Shown: positions 8,838 to 18,842, counted from the first letter of the stretch. The stretch is 56,466 bases of DNA from Promethearchaeota archaeon (GCA_048941285.1 JBHLNS010000017.1:1-56466), one strand, 5' to 3'. Notes: generated by a model from the sequence alone, not told the origin. Translations and numbers: made by a program.

Positions 8838-11234
8838 TTAATAATAAGTATCTGTCATTCTATTTTCTTCTAGCTCTATAGGGTACCCTTTTCTATGCCA
8901 CATCATCATTCCACCTGTCAAATTCCGGATATCTTTAAATCCAGCTTGGGCTAAAATTTGAGCAGCCATCATAGAACGTGAACCAGAGTGGCAAATTGAG
9001 ATAATTTCCTCATTTTTATAATTCTTAATAATATCTGGATTATTTAATAGCTCACCTAGAGGAATTAATCTAGTATTTTTGATATGTCCGTGTTGACTGT
9101 TATATTCTTGTGGTGATCGAACATCAATCATAAGGGCTGGTTCGTCTTCAGTACCTATTCGCTCAAAAAGCTCATCAGCACTAATATTTGAAACTGGAGG
9201 GGCATCAAGAGGTCTCAGCTCTCTTCTAGATTTTTTTATAATGGGAGTTACAATTTCACTAGGTTGCACTTTTTCTAATGTAGCAACTAACATCCCCTTT
9301 TCTTTCCCAAGATGTACCAATTTTATCGTCTTGTTCAATTTAGAATATGCTTCAACGCTAGATTTAAATCCAGGATCAGTAGCATAAACCTTTAATTTCT
9401 TATGTTCTGGTAATGTTTCAAGTCCTTTAATCAATGCATTTAGAGGACCAGGACATGAAAGTCCACAAGCATCCACTTCTATGTAATCTTTACTTTCAGT
9501 AGCCTTTTCATGTACATATTCTTCGATGACGTTTTCGGATCCTCCACATGCCGCCATTATTTCTTCTGTGGTTGCATTTGCCATCTCATAAATTTTAAAG
9601 CCTCCAGTTAATTCATAAACTTCTTTAAATCCACTTTGTAATAGAATTCGTAATGCTAAGTAGCTTCTATACCCTACTTCACAATAAACATATATCGGTT
9701 TGTTATTTGAAATTTCTTTTACTCTCTCTCTTAGTTCTTCAATTGGAATGTTTATTGAACCATCAATAGATCTCGCAGAAAATTCGTCTTTAGTTCGAAC
9801 ATCTAATAATATACTTCCATTATTCCTGATATTATTGAAATCATGCCACTGAAAAATTGGCATATCTTTTCTAAGATAATTAGAAGCAACAAAACCTGCC
9901 ATATTTACAGGATCCTTAGCAGAACCATAGGGTGGTGCATAAGTTAACTCAAGTTCTTCTAAATCAAACACAGTGCCATTGAATTTTATTACAGTTGAGA
10001 TCACGTCTATTCTTTTCTCTGTACCTGGACCTCCAACTGCTTGTGATCCTAGAATTTTCCCAGTAGGAACCTCAAATATTAATTTTAAGGTTATTGGAAT
10101 TGCTCCAGGATAATAGCCTGCATGATTGTTTGGATGGATATAGATTTTGTCATAGTTTAAATCAAGATTCTTTAATTGTTTTTCAGTCAGACCAACTGAA
10201 GCAACTGTGAGATCAAAAATTTTGACAACAGAAGCTCCTAGAACCCCCTTGTATTCTGAAACTTTTCCAGCAATATTATCTGCTGCTATTCTTCCTTGTT
10301 TGTTTGCAGGTCCGGCTAATGCAATTGATGTTGGTTTTTTAGTTTGAAAATGAACAACTTGAATAGTATCACCCACAGCATATATGCTTGGATTAGACGT
10401 TTGCATTTTATTATTTACTATAACGTATCCTCTGTCATTGACATCTAATTTAGCTTCTTTAGCTAGTTTACTTTCTGGTCTAATTCCAATAGATAATATA
10501 ATGATTTCTGTTTCTATTATCCTCCCACTTTTTGTTTTAACAAGAGGTTTATCATTATCATTTCTACCAAAAGAATCGACAGGATCTTCTAAAACTAGGC
10601 AAACCCCATTCAATATTAGCTCTTGATGGATAAATTGTGCAATTTCCTTATCAATAGGGGGCATGACTTGATCCAACATTTCAATGATCTTGACTTTTAC
10701 TCCTTTTTGTGTTAAATTTTCTGCCATTTCTAATCCAATAAAGCCTCCTCCAACCACAACTGCTTGTTTAATATGAGATTTTTCTACATAATCACGTATT
10801 TTTATAGCATCTGGAATTGTCCATACTGTAAAATAAGGGATCTTATCAAGGCCATTAAATTGAGGAACTATTGGTTTTGAACCAGTTGCTATGACTAAAT
10901 AATCATATTCAAGTTTATATTCATTAAAATGTTTTAGATCCTTCACTATAACGTTTTTATTGTCTTTATTTATAGAAATTACTTCGTGATTAACCCGGAC
11001 ATCAATATTAAACCTTTCAAGGAACCTTTCTGGCGTTACTAGTTCTAAAGATTCACGATCTTTTATTATATTCCCAACATAGTAGGGTAACCCACAATTT
11101 GCAAATGAAACGTATGCGCCACGATCTAACATAATAATTTCAAAATCTTCCCTTAATCTTCTTAATCTAGCAGCAGTTGAAGCTCCCCCTGCAACTCCAC
11201 CAACTATCACTACTCTTTTCATCACAATTACCAA
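8838..11234 (-). CDS. CoA-disulfide/persulfide reductase fused to rhodanese, TusA and a second rhodanese domain
   Basis: GGVAGGAS, SFANCGLP and YAPPY (CoADR/Npsr); YCEVGYRS (rhodanese 1); DACGLSCPGP (TusA); ICHSGSRS (rhodanese 2). Confidence 0.9.
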   Translation of the reverse strand: MVIVMKRVVIVGGVAGGASTAARLRRLREDFEIIMLDRGAYVSFANCGLPYYVGNIIKDRESLELVTPERFLERFNIDVRVNHEVISINKDNKNVIVKDLKHFNEYKLEYDYLVIATGSKPIVPQFNGLDKIPYFTVWTIPDAIKIRDYVEKSHIKQAVVVGGGFIGLEMAENLTQKGVKVKIIEMLDQVMPPIDKEIAQFIHQELILNGVCLVLEDPVDSFGRNDNDKPLVKTKSGRIIETEIIILSIGIRPESKLAKEAKLDVNDRGYVIVNNKMQTSNPSIYAVGDTIQVVHFQTKKPTSIALAGPANKQGRIAADNIAGKVSEYKGVLGASVVKIFDLTVASVGLTEKQLKNLDLNYDKIYIHPNNHAGYYPGAIPITLKLIFEVPTGKILGSQAVGGPGTEKRIDVISTVIKFNGTVFDLEELELTYAPPYGSAKDPVNMAGFVASNYLRKDMPIFQWHDFNNIRNNGSILLDVRTKDEFSARSIDGSINIPIEELRERVKEISNNKPIYVYCEVGYRSYLALRILLQSGFKEVYELTGGFKIYEMANATTEEIMAACGGSENVIEEYVHEKATESKDYIEVDACGLSCPGPLNALIKGLETLPEHKKLKVYATDPGFKSSVEAYSKLNKTIKLVHLGKEKGMLVATLEKVQPSEIVTPIIKKSRRELRPLDAPPVSNISADELFERIGTEDEPALMIDVRSPQEYNSQHGHIKNTRLIPLGELLNNPDIIKNYKNEEIISICHSGSRSMMAAQILAQAGFKDIRNLTGGMMMWHRKGYPIELEENRMTDTYY

Positions 11235-11294
11235 TTTAAATATAATATATTGTATATCTTAACCTTTTTTAGAGGGGAATTAATATAAATTTGG

Positions 11295-11320
11295 TTACTA
11301 TAAGTTAGTAAGATTACTAA
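11295..11320. promoter_or_regulatory. Overlapping inverted repeats, candidate regulator site between divergent genes
   Basis: TTACTA-N5-TAGTAA (11295-11311) overlaps TTAGTAA-GA-TTACTAA (11305-11320). Confidence 0.3.
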
Positions 11321-11351
11321 ATAATCCAATATTATTATTAACGATATTAAA

Positions 11352-12485
11352 ATGGATGAAAATGAATTTTTAACCCAAATATATTCATGTGTAGACTGTA
11401 AGGATTGTATGGAAGTATGTGATACTTACAAGGTTACTTCCGATGAGATAAAATCCCCTAATGGAAGATTAAAAATAGCTGAAAAAGTTTTTTCTAATAA
11501 TGTGATTACTGAAAATGAAGTTATCGGGCTCTACACTTGTACATTATGTGGATTGTGTGATTTAATTTGTCAGCAAGATATTCAAATCTCAGAAATTATT
11601 CATTCTTCAAAAGTTAACCTGGTAGAAAAAGACCAAGCACCATTAGAAATACATAATAAAATAATAAAAGAGATTATTGAAAAAGATAACTCGGTTGGGG
11701 GAAATCCAGATCAAAGATTAAATTGGTTACCTGAAAACCACAAAAAAAAAGAAGAGTTTGAAAAGAAAGATTCAGAGACTTTATTATTTTTAGGGTGTAT
11801 GTCTTCATTTCGAGTAAAAGAAAGTGCTCTTGCCCCCTACGAAATTTTAAAACTTGCTGGTTATGATTTTAAAATTTTGAAAAAAGAACCATGTTGTGGA
11901 GAATATGTATATTCCGCGGGGAATCTTAAACTGGCTAAGCAAATTTTTAAAGATAACATTAAAATTTTTAATAAAATAGGAATAAAAAATTTAATAGTTA
12001 CATGTGGAGGATGCTTATATGCCTTTGACAAAGTTTATAGAAAATATTTTAGAGATTTCACTATAAATGTCAGGCATATAATTGAAGTTATTTATGAGTT
12101 AGTCGAAAATAATAAAATCTCATTAAAATCATTAAATAAATCAATTACATATCATGATCCCTGCCGTGTAGGAAGAAAATATAGAAGTGGTCCTCTCTAT
12201 TCTGAACCTCGAGAGCTTTTAAAGAAATGTGGTTTAGAAATAAGAGAATTAACTCATAATCGTGAAGAATCACCTTGTTGTGGAGCCGGTTCTGGAATTA
12301 GAGGCGTTGACAGTAGTATTTGTATAAAAATTGGTAAAGAATTATTTACTAGCGTAGCAACACAAGATATAGCTACATCATGTCCTTTATGTGTGTTTAA
12401 TTTTAGATATGTTAATTATAAGAATCAAACGGAGAAAGAAAGTAAATATATAACAGACTATATTTTAGAATCAATGAAAAAATAA
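11352..12485 (+). CDS. Fe-S oxidoreductase, HdrD/GlpC-like (two [4Fe-4S] motifs plus two CCG domains)
   Basis: CxxCxxCxxxC twice; EPCCG, YHDPC, SPCCGAG and TSCPLC. Confidence 0.88.
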   Translation: MDENEFLTQIYSCVDCKDCMEVCDTYKVTSDEIKSPNGRLKIAEKVFSNNVITENEVIGLYTCTLCGLCDLICQQDIQISEIIHSSKVNLVEKDQAPLEIHNKIIKEIIEKDNSVGGNPDQRLNWLPENHKKKEEFEKKDSETLLFLGCMSSFRVKESALAPYEILKLAGYDFKILKKEPCCGEYVYSAGNLKLAKQIFKDNIKIFNKIGIKNLIVTCGGCLYAFDKVYRKYFRDFTINVRHIIEVIYELVENNKISLKSLNKSITYHDPCRVGRKYRSGPLYSEPRELLKKCGLEIRELTHNREESPCCGAGSGIRGVDSSICIKIGKELFTSVATQDIATSCPLCVFNFRYVNYKNQTEKESKYITDYILESMKK

Positions 12486-12492
12486 AAAAAAA

Positions 12493-13293
12493 TTAACCTC
12501 TATAGTCTAAAATTATTACAGCATCCACAAACAGTTCGTAATTTTCATCTTCATCGAAATCGTGTATAACTACTTTTTCTACTTCGTCTAGTTCTCCTTT
12601 GATTTCATTAAGTTCTGATTGCTGTAATATCTTTACATCAGATTGTTTCAATTTTTTCGCGATTTCCACAGTTCCGGGAATTTCTTTTGCAGAAGTTACC
12701 ACGATAACTCTTCCAGTATATTCAGTTAATTTAAGGGCTAATTCCAAAGATGCATCCCCCGTATCAACAATCAAGGTTCTCTTCTCTTTAAATTCTTCAA
12801 GGTTAGGAACCTCTAGATAAACGCCCTTCCCCTTAAACTCATCTAAACCTAATATTACTCGCACTTCTAGCTGACATGAAGTAACTACTTCTACTTCTGG
12901 CTTTGTACCCTCACGATAATTATTTATGGCTGCTTTTAAGGCATCTGCTGCAAGATTTGAACAATGCATTTTGATGGGAGGTAAACCATCTAATTCTTCT
13001 GCTACATCGCTTCTAGTAATATTATATGCATCATCCAATGTCATTCCTTTCGCCATCTCAGTTACCATTGATGAAGTTGATACAGCAGATCCACACCCAA
13101 ACGTTTTGAATTTAATATCATCAATGATATCTTCGCCTTTATCATTCTTTTTTACTTTTATGAATATTTCCATTAAATCTCCGCATACTGGATTCCCAAC
13201 CTTCCCATATCCGTCAGGATTCTCAATTATTCCTACATTTCGTGGATTCCTAAAATGATCCATTACCTTATCACTATATTTATGTACACTCAT
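12493..13293 (-). CDS. iscU: IscU/NifU-N Fe-S scaffold with a C-terminal thioredoxin-reductase-like Rossmann domain
   Basis: YSDKVMDHFRNPRNVG, GNPVCGD, FGCGSA and LPPIKMHCSNL, followed by about 120 extra residues. Confidence 0.9.
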   Translation of the reverse strand: MSVHKYSDKVMDHFRNPRNVGIIENPDGYGKVGNPVCGDLMEIFIKVKKNDKGEDIIDDIKFKTFGCGSAVSTSSMVTEMAKGMTLDDAYNITRSDVAEELDGLPPIKMHCSNLAADALKAAINNYREGTKPEVEVVTSCQLEVRVILGLDEFKGKGVYLEVPNLEEFKEKRTLIVDTGDASLELALKLTEYTGRVIVVTSAKEIPGTVEIAKKLKQSDVKILQQSELNEIKGELDEVEKVVIHDFDEDENYELFVDAVIILDYRG

Positions 13294-14484
13294 TTATTTT
13301 TCCTCCTCTTGTAATTTTTTTAATAAATCTGAAGGTGTAAGTGGAGATAAAATTCTTAATCTTCTCACTATTCCCGGTAATACTTCTAAAATTTTATCAA
13401 TATCTTTTTCTGCTGTGAATCTCCCTAAAGATAATAATAAACTACCATGTGCTTCTTCATGCAATAGACCACATGAGATAAGCGTATGCGATGGTTCTAG
13501 AGTTTTTGAAGAACATGCTGATCCTGTTGCTACCTCCACCTTTGCGTCCTTTAGAGATAGAAGCAATGATTCACCCTCAATATAATCAAACCGGAAATTA
13601 GCATTATCAGGCGTCCTTTTCTCAGGATGCCCATTTAAATATGATTTAGGTATCTTTAACACTTCCCTAAATAATTTATCCCTAAGGGTTTTTAAACGAG
13701 CAGCTTCTTCATTTATTTCTGTTCTCATTATTTCAGCTGCCTTAGCAAATCCTATTATTCCCGACATATTTTCAGATCCAGACCTCATACCTTTCTCTTG
13801 ACCTCCTCCAATGAGAATAGGATTTACTCTTACACCTTTTTTAATGTATAATGCCCCTACTCCTCTTGGGCCATATATATCATTCGAAGATAAAGTTAAT
13901 AAATCAAAAGGGATTTTTAACACGTCAATAGGTATTGTACTTTCACTTGCCACAGCATCAGAATGAAACCAGATTTTTTTCTTTTGAGCAAGCTCTGAAA
14001 TTTCTTTTACAGGTTGAAGAGAGCCAATTTCATTACTAGCCGTAGAAATCGAGATTAGAATTGTCTCATCAGTTATTAATCTCTCAAGTTTATTCACGTT
14101 AATAATACCAAATCTATCCACAGGAACTCTACTCACTTTAAAGCCTTGTCTTTCTAAATATTTTCCAATATTTAAGATGGAAATATGCTCAATCTCTGAG
14201 ATGATAACATGATTTCCTCTTTTTTGATTTCGAAGAGCAGCACCAATTATTCCCAAATTGTTTGATTCTGTAGCTCCAGATGTAAAGATTATCTCTTCTG
14301 GACTTGGGGCGTTAATAAATTCAGCAACTTTAAGACGAGCTTCTTCTAATGCATTAGTAGCATTATATCCATAATTATGTAATGAAGATGGATTCCCAAA
14401 ATCTTTTGTAAAATATGGTTTCATAGCCTCAAAAACACGAGGATCTACAGGTTTAGCTGCTTGGTAATCTAGATATACACTCAT
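13294..14484 (-). CDS. iscS: IscS/NifS-family protein with the PLP-binding Lys replaced by Asp
   Basis: GNPSS, FTSGATESNN, EH and GSACSS are present; SSNDIYGPRG replaces SxHKxYGPKG. Confidence 0.9.
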   Translation of the reverse strand: MSVYLDYQAAKPVDPRVFEAMKPYFTKDFGNPSSLHNYGYNATNALEEARLKVAEFINAPSPEEIIFTSGATESNNLGIIGAALRNQKRGNHVIISEIEHISILNIGKYLERQGFKVSRVPVDRFGIINVNKLERLITDETILISISTASNEIGSLQPVKEISELAQKKKIWFHSDAVASESTIPIDVLKIPFDLLTLSSNDIYGPRGVGALYIKKGVRVNPILIGGGQEKGMRSGSENMSGIIGFAKAAEIMRTEINEEAARLKTLRDKLFREVLKIPKSYLNGHPEKRTPDNANFRFDYIEGESLLLSLKDAKVEVATGSACSSKTLEPSHTLISCGLLHEEAHGSLLLSLGRFTAEKDIDKILEVLPGIVRRLRILSPLTPSDLLKKLQEEEK

Positions 14485-14500
14485 CTTTTTTTACTCTTTT

Positions 14501-14755
14501 TTATTTCATTTTTTTAAAAATGAATATTAAATCTTCCCCTTCTTTTTTAAATTCTACCACTTTTGTATCAGTTCTTTTAGCCCATCTTTTAAGATCTTCT
14601 TCTGCTGCGGGATCATCTGCAAGAACTTTGAAGCATTGCCCTACATTAAGCGTTTCACTCAAATTTCTTACCTCAAATAATGGTTCTGGGCAATATAAAC
14701 CTCTCGTATCTAATATCTCATTAATCTCAACTTCTTTACTTTGTTCAGTATTCAA
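14501..14755 (-). CDS. tusA: TusA/SirA sulfur carrier
   Basis: LDTRGLYCPEP and VLADDP motifs. Confidence 0.9.
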   Translation of the reverse strand: MNTEQSKEVEINEILDTRGLYCPEPLFEVRNLSETLNVGQCFKVLADDPAAEEDLKRWAKRTDTKVVEFKKEGEDLIFIFKKMK

Positions 14756-14970
14756 TTTAAAAACCTCCTTGAAAGGATTTTATTTAATTTTTTTCCTTGA
14801 GATATTATGATTCAATAAGAGTATAAATCTTCTGATTATAATTTAATATACTTTAATTCTATCTAATAAAGATGTATAAAATACATAGAAATAGGAATTT
14901 ATAAATTATAAATTCTTGTTGATTTATTCTTAGATAAAATGGATATATAGAAAAATATATTACAACAAAT

Positions 14971-15606
14971 CTAGTCTAATCCAGCAAGTTTTTTTATATG
15001 TTTTACACCATCGACAGCATCATCAGCAAAATCGTCTGCTCCAAGTTTTTTAGCAAGCTCCATATTTAAGGGAGCTCCTCCAACGATTAGTTTAACTTTA
15101 TCACGAACTCCTGCTGCTTTTAAAGCTTCATGAACAACTTCAATGTGTTCTACAGTCATAGTCAATAAAGAACTTAACGCTACTATAGTAGCTCCTGTCT
15201 CCTTAACTTTATTCACAATTATATTCTCATCAACGTCCATCCCCAAATCATACAGTTCGAACCCAGAGCTTAATAAAAGAGACCCTAAAATATTTTTTCC
15301 TATGTCATGGTTATCTCCTTTGACCGTAGCTATAATAATTTTCACTTTATCCTCTGATTTGTCTGAAGCAGCTAATGCTGGTTTCAAAATACTAAAAGCT
15401 TCCTTCATCGTTTCTCCAGCTAAAACAAGTTCAGTCAAATAATATTCTTTTTCCTCATAACGACGTCCAACCTCATCCATTCCTATTGTTAACGAATTTA
15501 ATATATCAAATGGATCCTTTCCTTCATCTAATGCTTGCTTCACAGCATCGGCAATATCATCTACTTCTAATTCAATTACTAATTCGGTTAGTTTTTCAAA
15601 ATCCAT
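14971..15606 (-). CDS. Corrinoid (B12-binding) methyltransferase cognate protein, MtaC/MttC type
   Basis: Four-helix cap, GDNHDIGKN, SSLLT and VGGAP motifs. Confidence 0.92.
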   Translation of the reverse strand: MDFEKLTELVIELEVDDIADAVKQALDEGKDPFDILNSLTIGMDEVGRRYEEKEYYLTELVLAGETMKEAFSILKPALAASDKSEDKVKIIIATVKGDNHDIGKNILGSLLLSSGFELYDLGMDVDENIIVNKVKETGATIVALSSLLTMTVEHIEVVHEALKAAGVRDKVKLIVGGAPLNMELAKKLGADDFADDAVDGVKHIKKLAGLD

Positions 15607-15739
15607 AAATATCTCCTTTCTTCACAAATTAAATAAGGGAATTAATATTAAAGTAAATTAAAATTCTCCTTTAAATCTTATTTTTGAAAAAAAAACCTAT
15701 CTTCCAATAGTAGCTAAGTTCAAAAATTTAAAAAGAGAG

Positions 15740-15892
15740 AGAGGGAGATGAGAAAAAATCAAAATCTCAACAAGTTTGTTTAAGATTTTGTAAAATTTAG
15801 TTTAGTTACCATTTTAATTAGGAAATTCCACGAAAAGGGGAATCCCTCTTTTCATTAGGGGATATTATTTGTATTTTCTCAATCTTCCCTCT
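15740..15892. ncRNA. Candidate structured RNA or MITE-like inverted-repeat element
   Basis: Outer arms 15740-15756 and 15874-15892 are complementary with two 1-nt bulges and enclose two hairpins. Confidence 0.4.
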
Positions 15893-16118
15893 ATTGTATA
15901 ATTAGGATTCTTTAATATTTAAATTTAATTTAACATTAAGCAAAATTACTAAAAATCAAATTTCAAAAATTTATAAGTAGAACACCTATAGATTTAAACA
16001 TTCAATATATCAGTATTGAATTCATAAATTTTTATTAAAATTAAGTAATTTTCCGAGTATTTATACAATTAGTTAAAATTGACACTAAAGATTTAAATAA
16101 ATAATAATTATAAACATC

Positions 16119-16916
16119 GTGCCAGATATTGATAATTCTATAGAGGATTTTAAGCAAGAAAATTTAGTAGGAGAAAATAAAAATACCTCAAAAGCTGATC
16201 TCTTAGAAGATTTAGGTTCAAAATATGCAATTCTTTGTGTAGACTTGTTTAAGGACTATGAAATTGGTGATTTTATTGTACGAGCAGTTGATAATGTATC
16301 ATTATCAATTCATAATGGAGAATTTTTAGTCATTAAAGGTCCCAGCGGGGCAGGTAAAACTTCATTTTTAAACCTAATAGGAGGTTTGGATTCACCTAAT
16401 AAGGGCATATTATATTCTTATGGTGTTAAAATTTCAGACATGGAGGAAGAATCATTAACAACCTGGAGACTCTTAAATACAGGTTTTATCTTTCAGAATT
16501 ATAATCTTATTAGCACTCTCACTGCTGAGGAAAACGTTATGTTTCCTATGAATCTTTCAGGTGTAGCTTTTAAGGAACAGAGAAAAAGAGCACAAGAATT
16601 ATTAAATAAAATGGGTCTTTTTGATCGTAGAGAACATTTACCCTTTCAGCTTTCCGCTGGAGAACAACAAAGGGTCGCAATAGCAAGAGCTTTAGCAAAT
16701 GATCCTCCTATGATCTTAGCTGATGAGCCAACAGCTAATCTAGATAAAAAAACTAGTCAATTTATTAGAGACCTTTTTAAAAATTTAAAAGATGATGTTA
16801 GAACGATCATTGTCGCTACACATGATGACTATTTAATAAATTTAGCAGACAGAATTCTATCTTTTGATGATGGAAAAATAGTAAATGAAAAAATCATAAA
16901 AAAATTTGACAAGTAG
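16119..16916 (+). CDS. ABC transporter ATP-binding protein (LolD/MacB type)
   Basis: GPSGAGKT, LSAGEQQRVAIARAL and LADEPTANLD motifs. Confidence 0.93.
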   Translation: MPDIDNSIEDFKQENLVGENKNTSKADLLEDLGSKYAILCVDLFKDYEIGDFIVRAVDNVSLSIHNGEFLVIKGPSGAGKTSFLNLIGGLDSPNKGILYSYGVKISDMEEESLTTWRLLNTGFIFQNYNLISTLTAEENVMFPMNLSGVAFKEQRKRAQELLNKMGLFDRREHLPFQLSAGEQQRVAIARALANDPPMILADEPTANLDKKTSQFIRDLFKNLKDDVRTIIVATHDDYLINLADRILSFDDGKIVNEKIIKKFDK

Positions 16917-16931
16917 GAATAAAAAAGCAGA

Positions 16932-18842
16932 ATGTCGTCATTTGATTTTGCATTGAAAGATTTATATCGGAAGAGGCATTCTAATTATCCATTTTTAATT
17001 ATTATTATATTAGTCGTTGCTTTTACTGAGTTTTTGATATATTTCACCTCATCAATAGGCTTGAATCTATTCATTCAGCCTTCATTTCTAAATACTTATT
17101 ATTTTTCTGGTGGAATAAGTTTAGCTTATAAACAATTTAATAACCTAATTCAAATACTATTTATCTCATTAACTATCACAATTGTTGTTGCTATTAGTAC
17201 TACATTAATTATTTCCAAAAAAAAAGATATCGCTATAATGAAATCTTTAGGTACTCTTCCCAGAAAATTATATAGCTTTTATTTGCTTGAGGTATATATT
17301 TTGTTTTTTGTTGGTTTTATTCTAGGGATAATTTTAGGGCTATCGATATTTGGAATATTTGCTTTAATTTTATTTTTGCTTAATTTTACAATTTTAATTC
17401 AAATTGACCTTTTTTATACTCCGTTTATTTTTTTTTCTTGTATAATAGGTATCTTTTTCGTTAGTGGTTATGTAATAAGGAAAATTGGGAAACAGAAAAT
17501 AATCCAAACTTTCTCTAAAGATATTCCTTATAATTACAATGCGGGAAAACCCTTAAAATTTATACCAAAATGGTTAACTTCAATTGGATTTAATATTAAA
17601 ATTGCTGTTGTTAATACAATGAGAAAAAAAGGTGAATTCAAGAGATATTTAATATTATTTTGTATTATTGGACTTCTAATATTTACTTTAGGCTTAGGAA
17701 CTATTATATTAAATTTATCGTCTCGAGAGTGGATAAATAATGCACAAAATGAAAATATTATAATAATTGGGCATAAGGACGTTGTTTATAACTATTCTAT
17801 GATGTATAGAATGTTTTCTGATCCTGATCTTTTAATCAACGAAAACAGTATAAATTTTACAGAAACAAAATATTTCTTTAATTTATCTGACATAAATAGT
17901 TTAAATAGCATTGAAGATATTGAAAAAATAGATGAAAGGATAATAAGTTTTTATGATGTTAAAGAGCTTACAGGTACACACATTACTGGAGATGGATCCT
18001 ATGTAACCGTTGGTAAAGATCGAGAGGGGAACATACCGATCATTGGCGTGAATCCTAAGAATATAATTCAACATTTTGAGATTGAAGGAAAATTTTTTAA
18101 TGAAGAAGATGCTTTCGATAACATGACAATTGGAGATGGTTTAGCTTACAACTTTTTCGAATTTCCACTTGACCAAAGATTAGAACTTACAGAAGTTGGT
18201 AAAACATTTCATATCTCGGGAATGATTATCGATAGTTTTTATTCTGGGTGGTGTGGATACATAAGTATTAATGAATCGAGGAAAACATTAAATCTAGTAA
18301 ATGATGAAGTCAATTTAATAATGCTAAAGTTAAATCCTAGTGCTTATCAAGGAATTTATGAAATATTTGAAAATGTAACTAATTCAATTGGAGATGATTT
18401 TATTTATTTAAGATTAGACCCTGTATTTCAAGGAAATTTAATATTTGTTAGCTCATTGTCTATATATCCAATACTTTTAATCATAGTAATATCGATAATT
18501 GCAATTTTATCATTATATAATTATCAAAAATCAGGAATAATGGAAAAAGCTCAAGATTTTCTAATAATGCGTGCTATTGGTTCAAAAACAGGATCATTGA
18601 AAAAAATTCTCTTCATAGAGGCAGTTTTTGTATTATTTCCTTCGTTATTATTAAGTTTAGCAATTGGCATGATAGTAAATTCCTTATTTTTATTTAAGCA
18701 AGTGTATTTACCTCCATTATATGTACCTTTTATCTTCCTTTTATTTTTATTTTTGATTTTTATGGGATTTAATTTCTTAAGCCTATTTCCTTTAATTAAG
18801 AAAATTAATAAATTTTCAATAAAGGATTTCAATCTCTACTAA
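16932..18842 (+). CDS. FtsX/MacB-like ABC permease
   Basis: Two FtsX-type signatures (DIAIMKSLG, DFLIMRAIG), multiple TM helices and an extracellular domain. Confidence 0.85.
   Translation: MSSFDFALKDLYRKRHSNYPFLIIIILVVAFTEFLIYFTSSIGLNLFIQPSFLNTYYFSGGISLAYKQFNNLIQILFISLTITIVVAISTTLIISKKKDIAIMKSLGTLPRKLYSFYLLEVYILFFVGFILGIILGLSIFGIFALILFLLNFTILIQIDLFYTPFIFFSCIIGIFFVSGYVIRKIGKQKIIQTFSKDIPYNYNAGKPLKFIPKWLTSIGFNIKIAVVNTMRKKGEFKRYLILFCIIGLLIFTLGLGTIILNLSSREWINNAQNENIIIIGHKDVVYNYSMMYRMFSDPDLLINENSINFTETKYFFNLSDINSLNSIEDIEKIDERIISFYDVKELTGTHITGDGSYVTVGKDREGNIPIIGVNPKNIIQHFEIEGKFFNEEDAFDNMTIGDGLAYNFFEFPLDQRLELTEVGKTFHISGMIIDSFYSGWCGYISINESRKTLNLVNDEVNLIMLKLNPSAYQGIYEIFENVTNSIGDDFIYLRLDPVFQGNLIFVSSLSIYPILLIIVISIIAILSLYNYQKSGIMEKAQDFLIMRAIGSKTGSLKKILFIEAVFVLFPSLLLSLAIGMIVNSLFLFKQVYLPPLYVPFIFLLFLFLIFMGFNFLSLFPLIKKINKFSIKDFNLY

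Noticed and set aside
15734-15893. Cobalamin riboswitch upstream of the corrinoid protein gene
   Set aside because: No B12-box or GCCACUG-type consensus on either strand; kept only as an unknown structured element.
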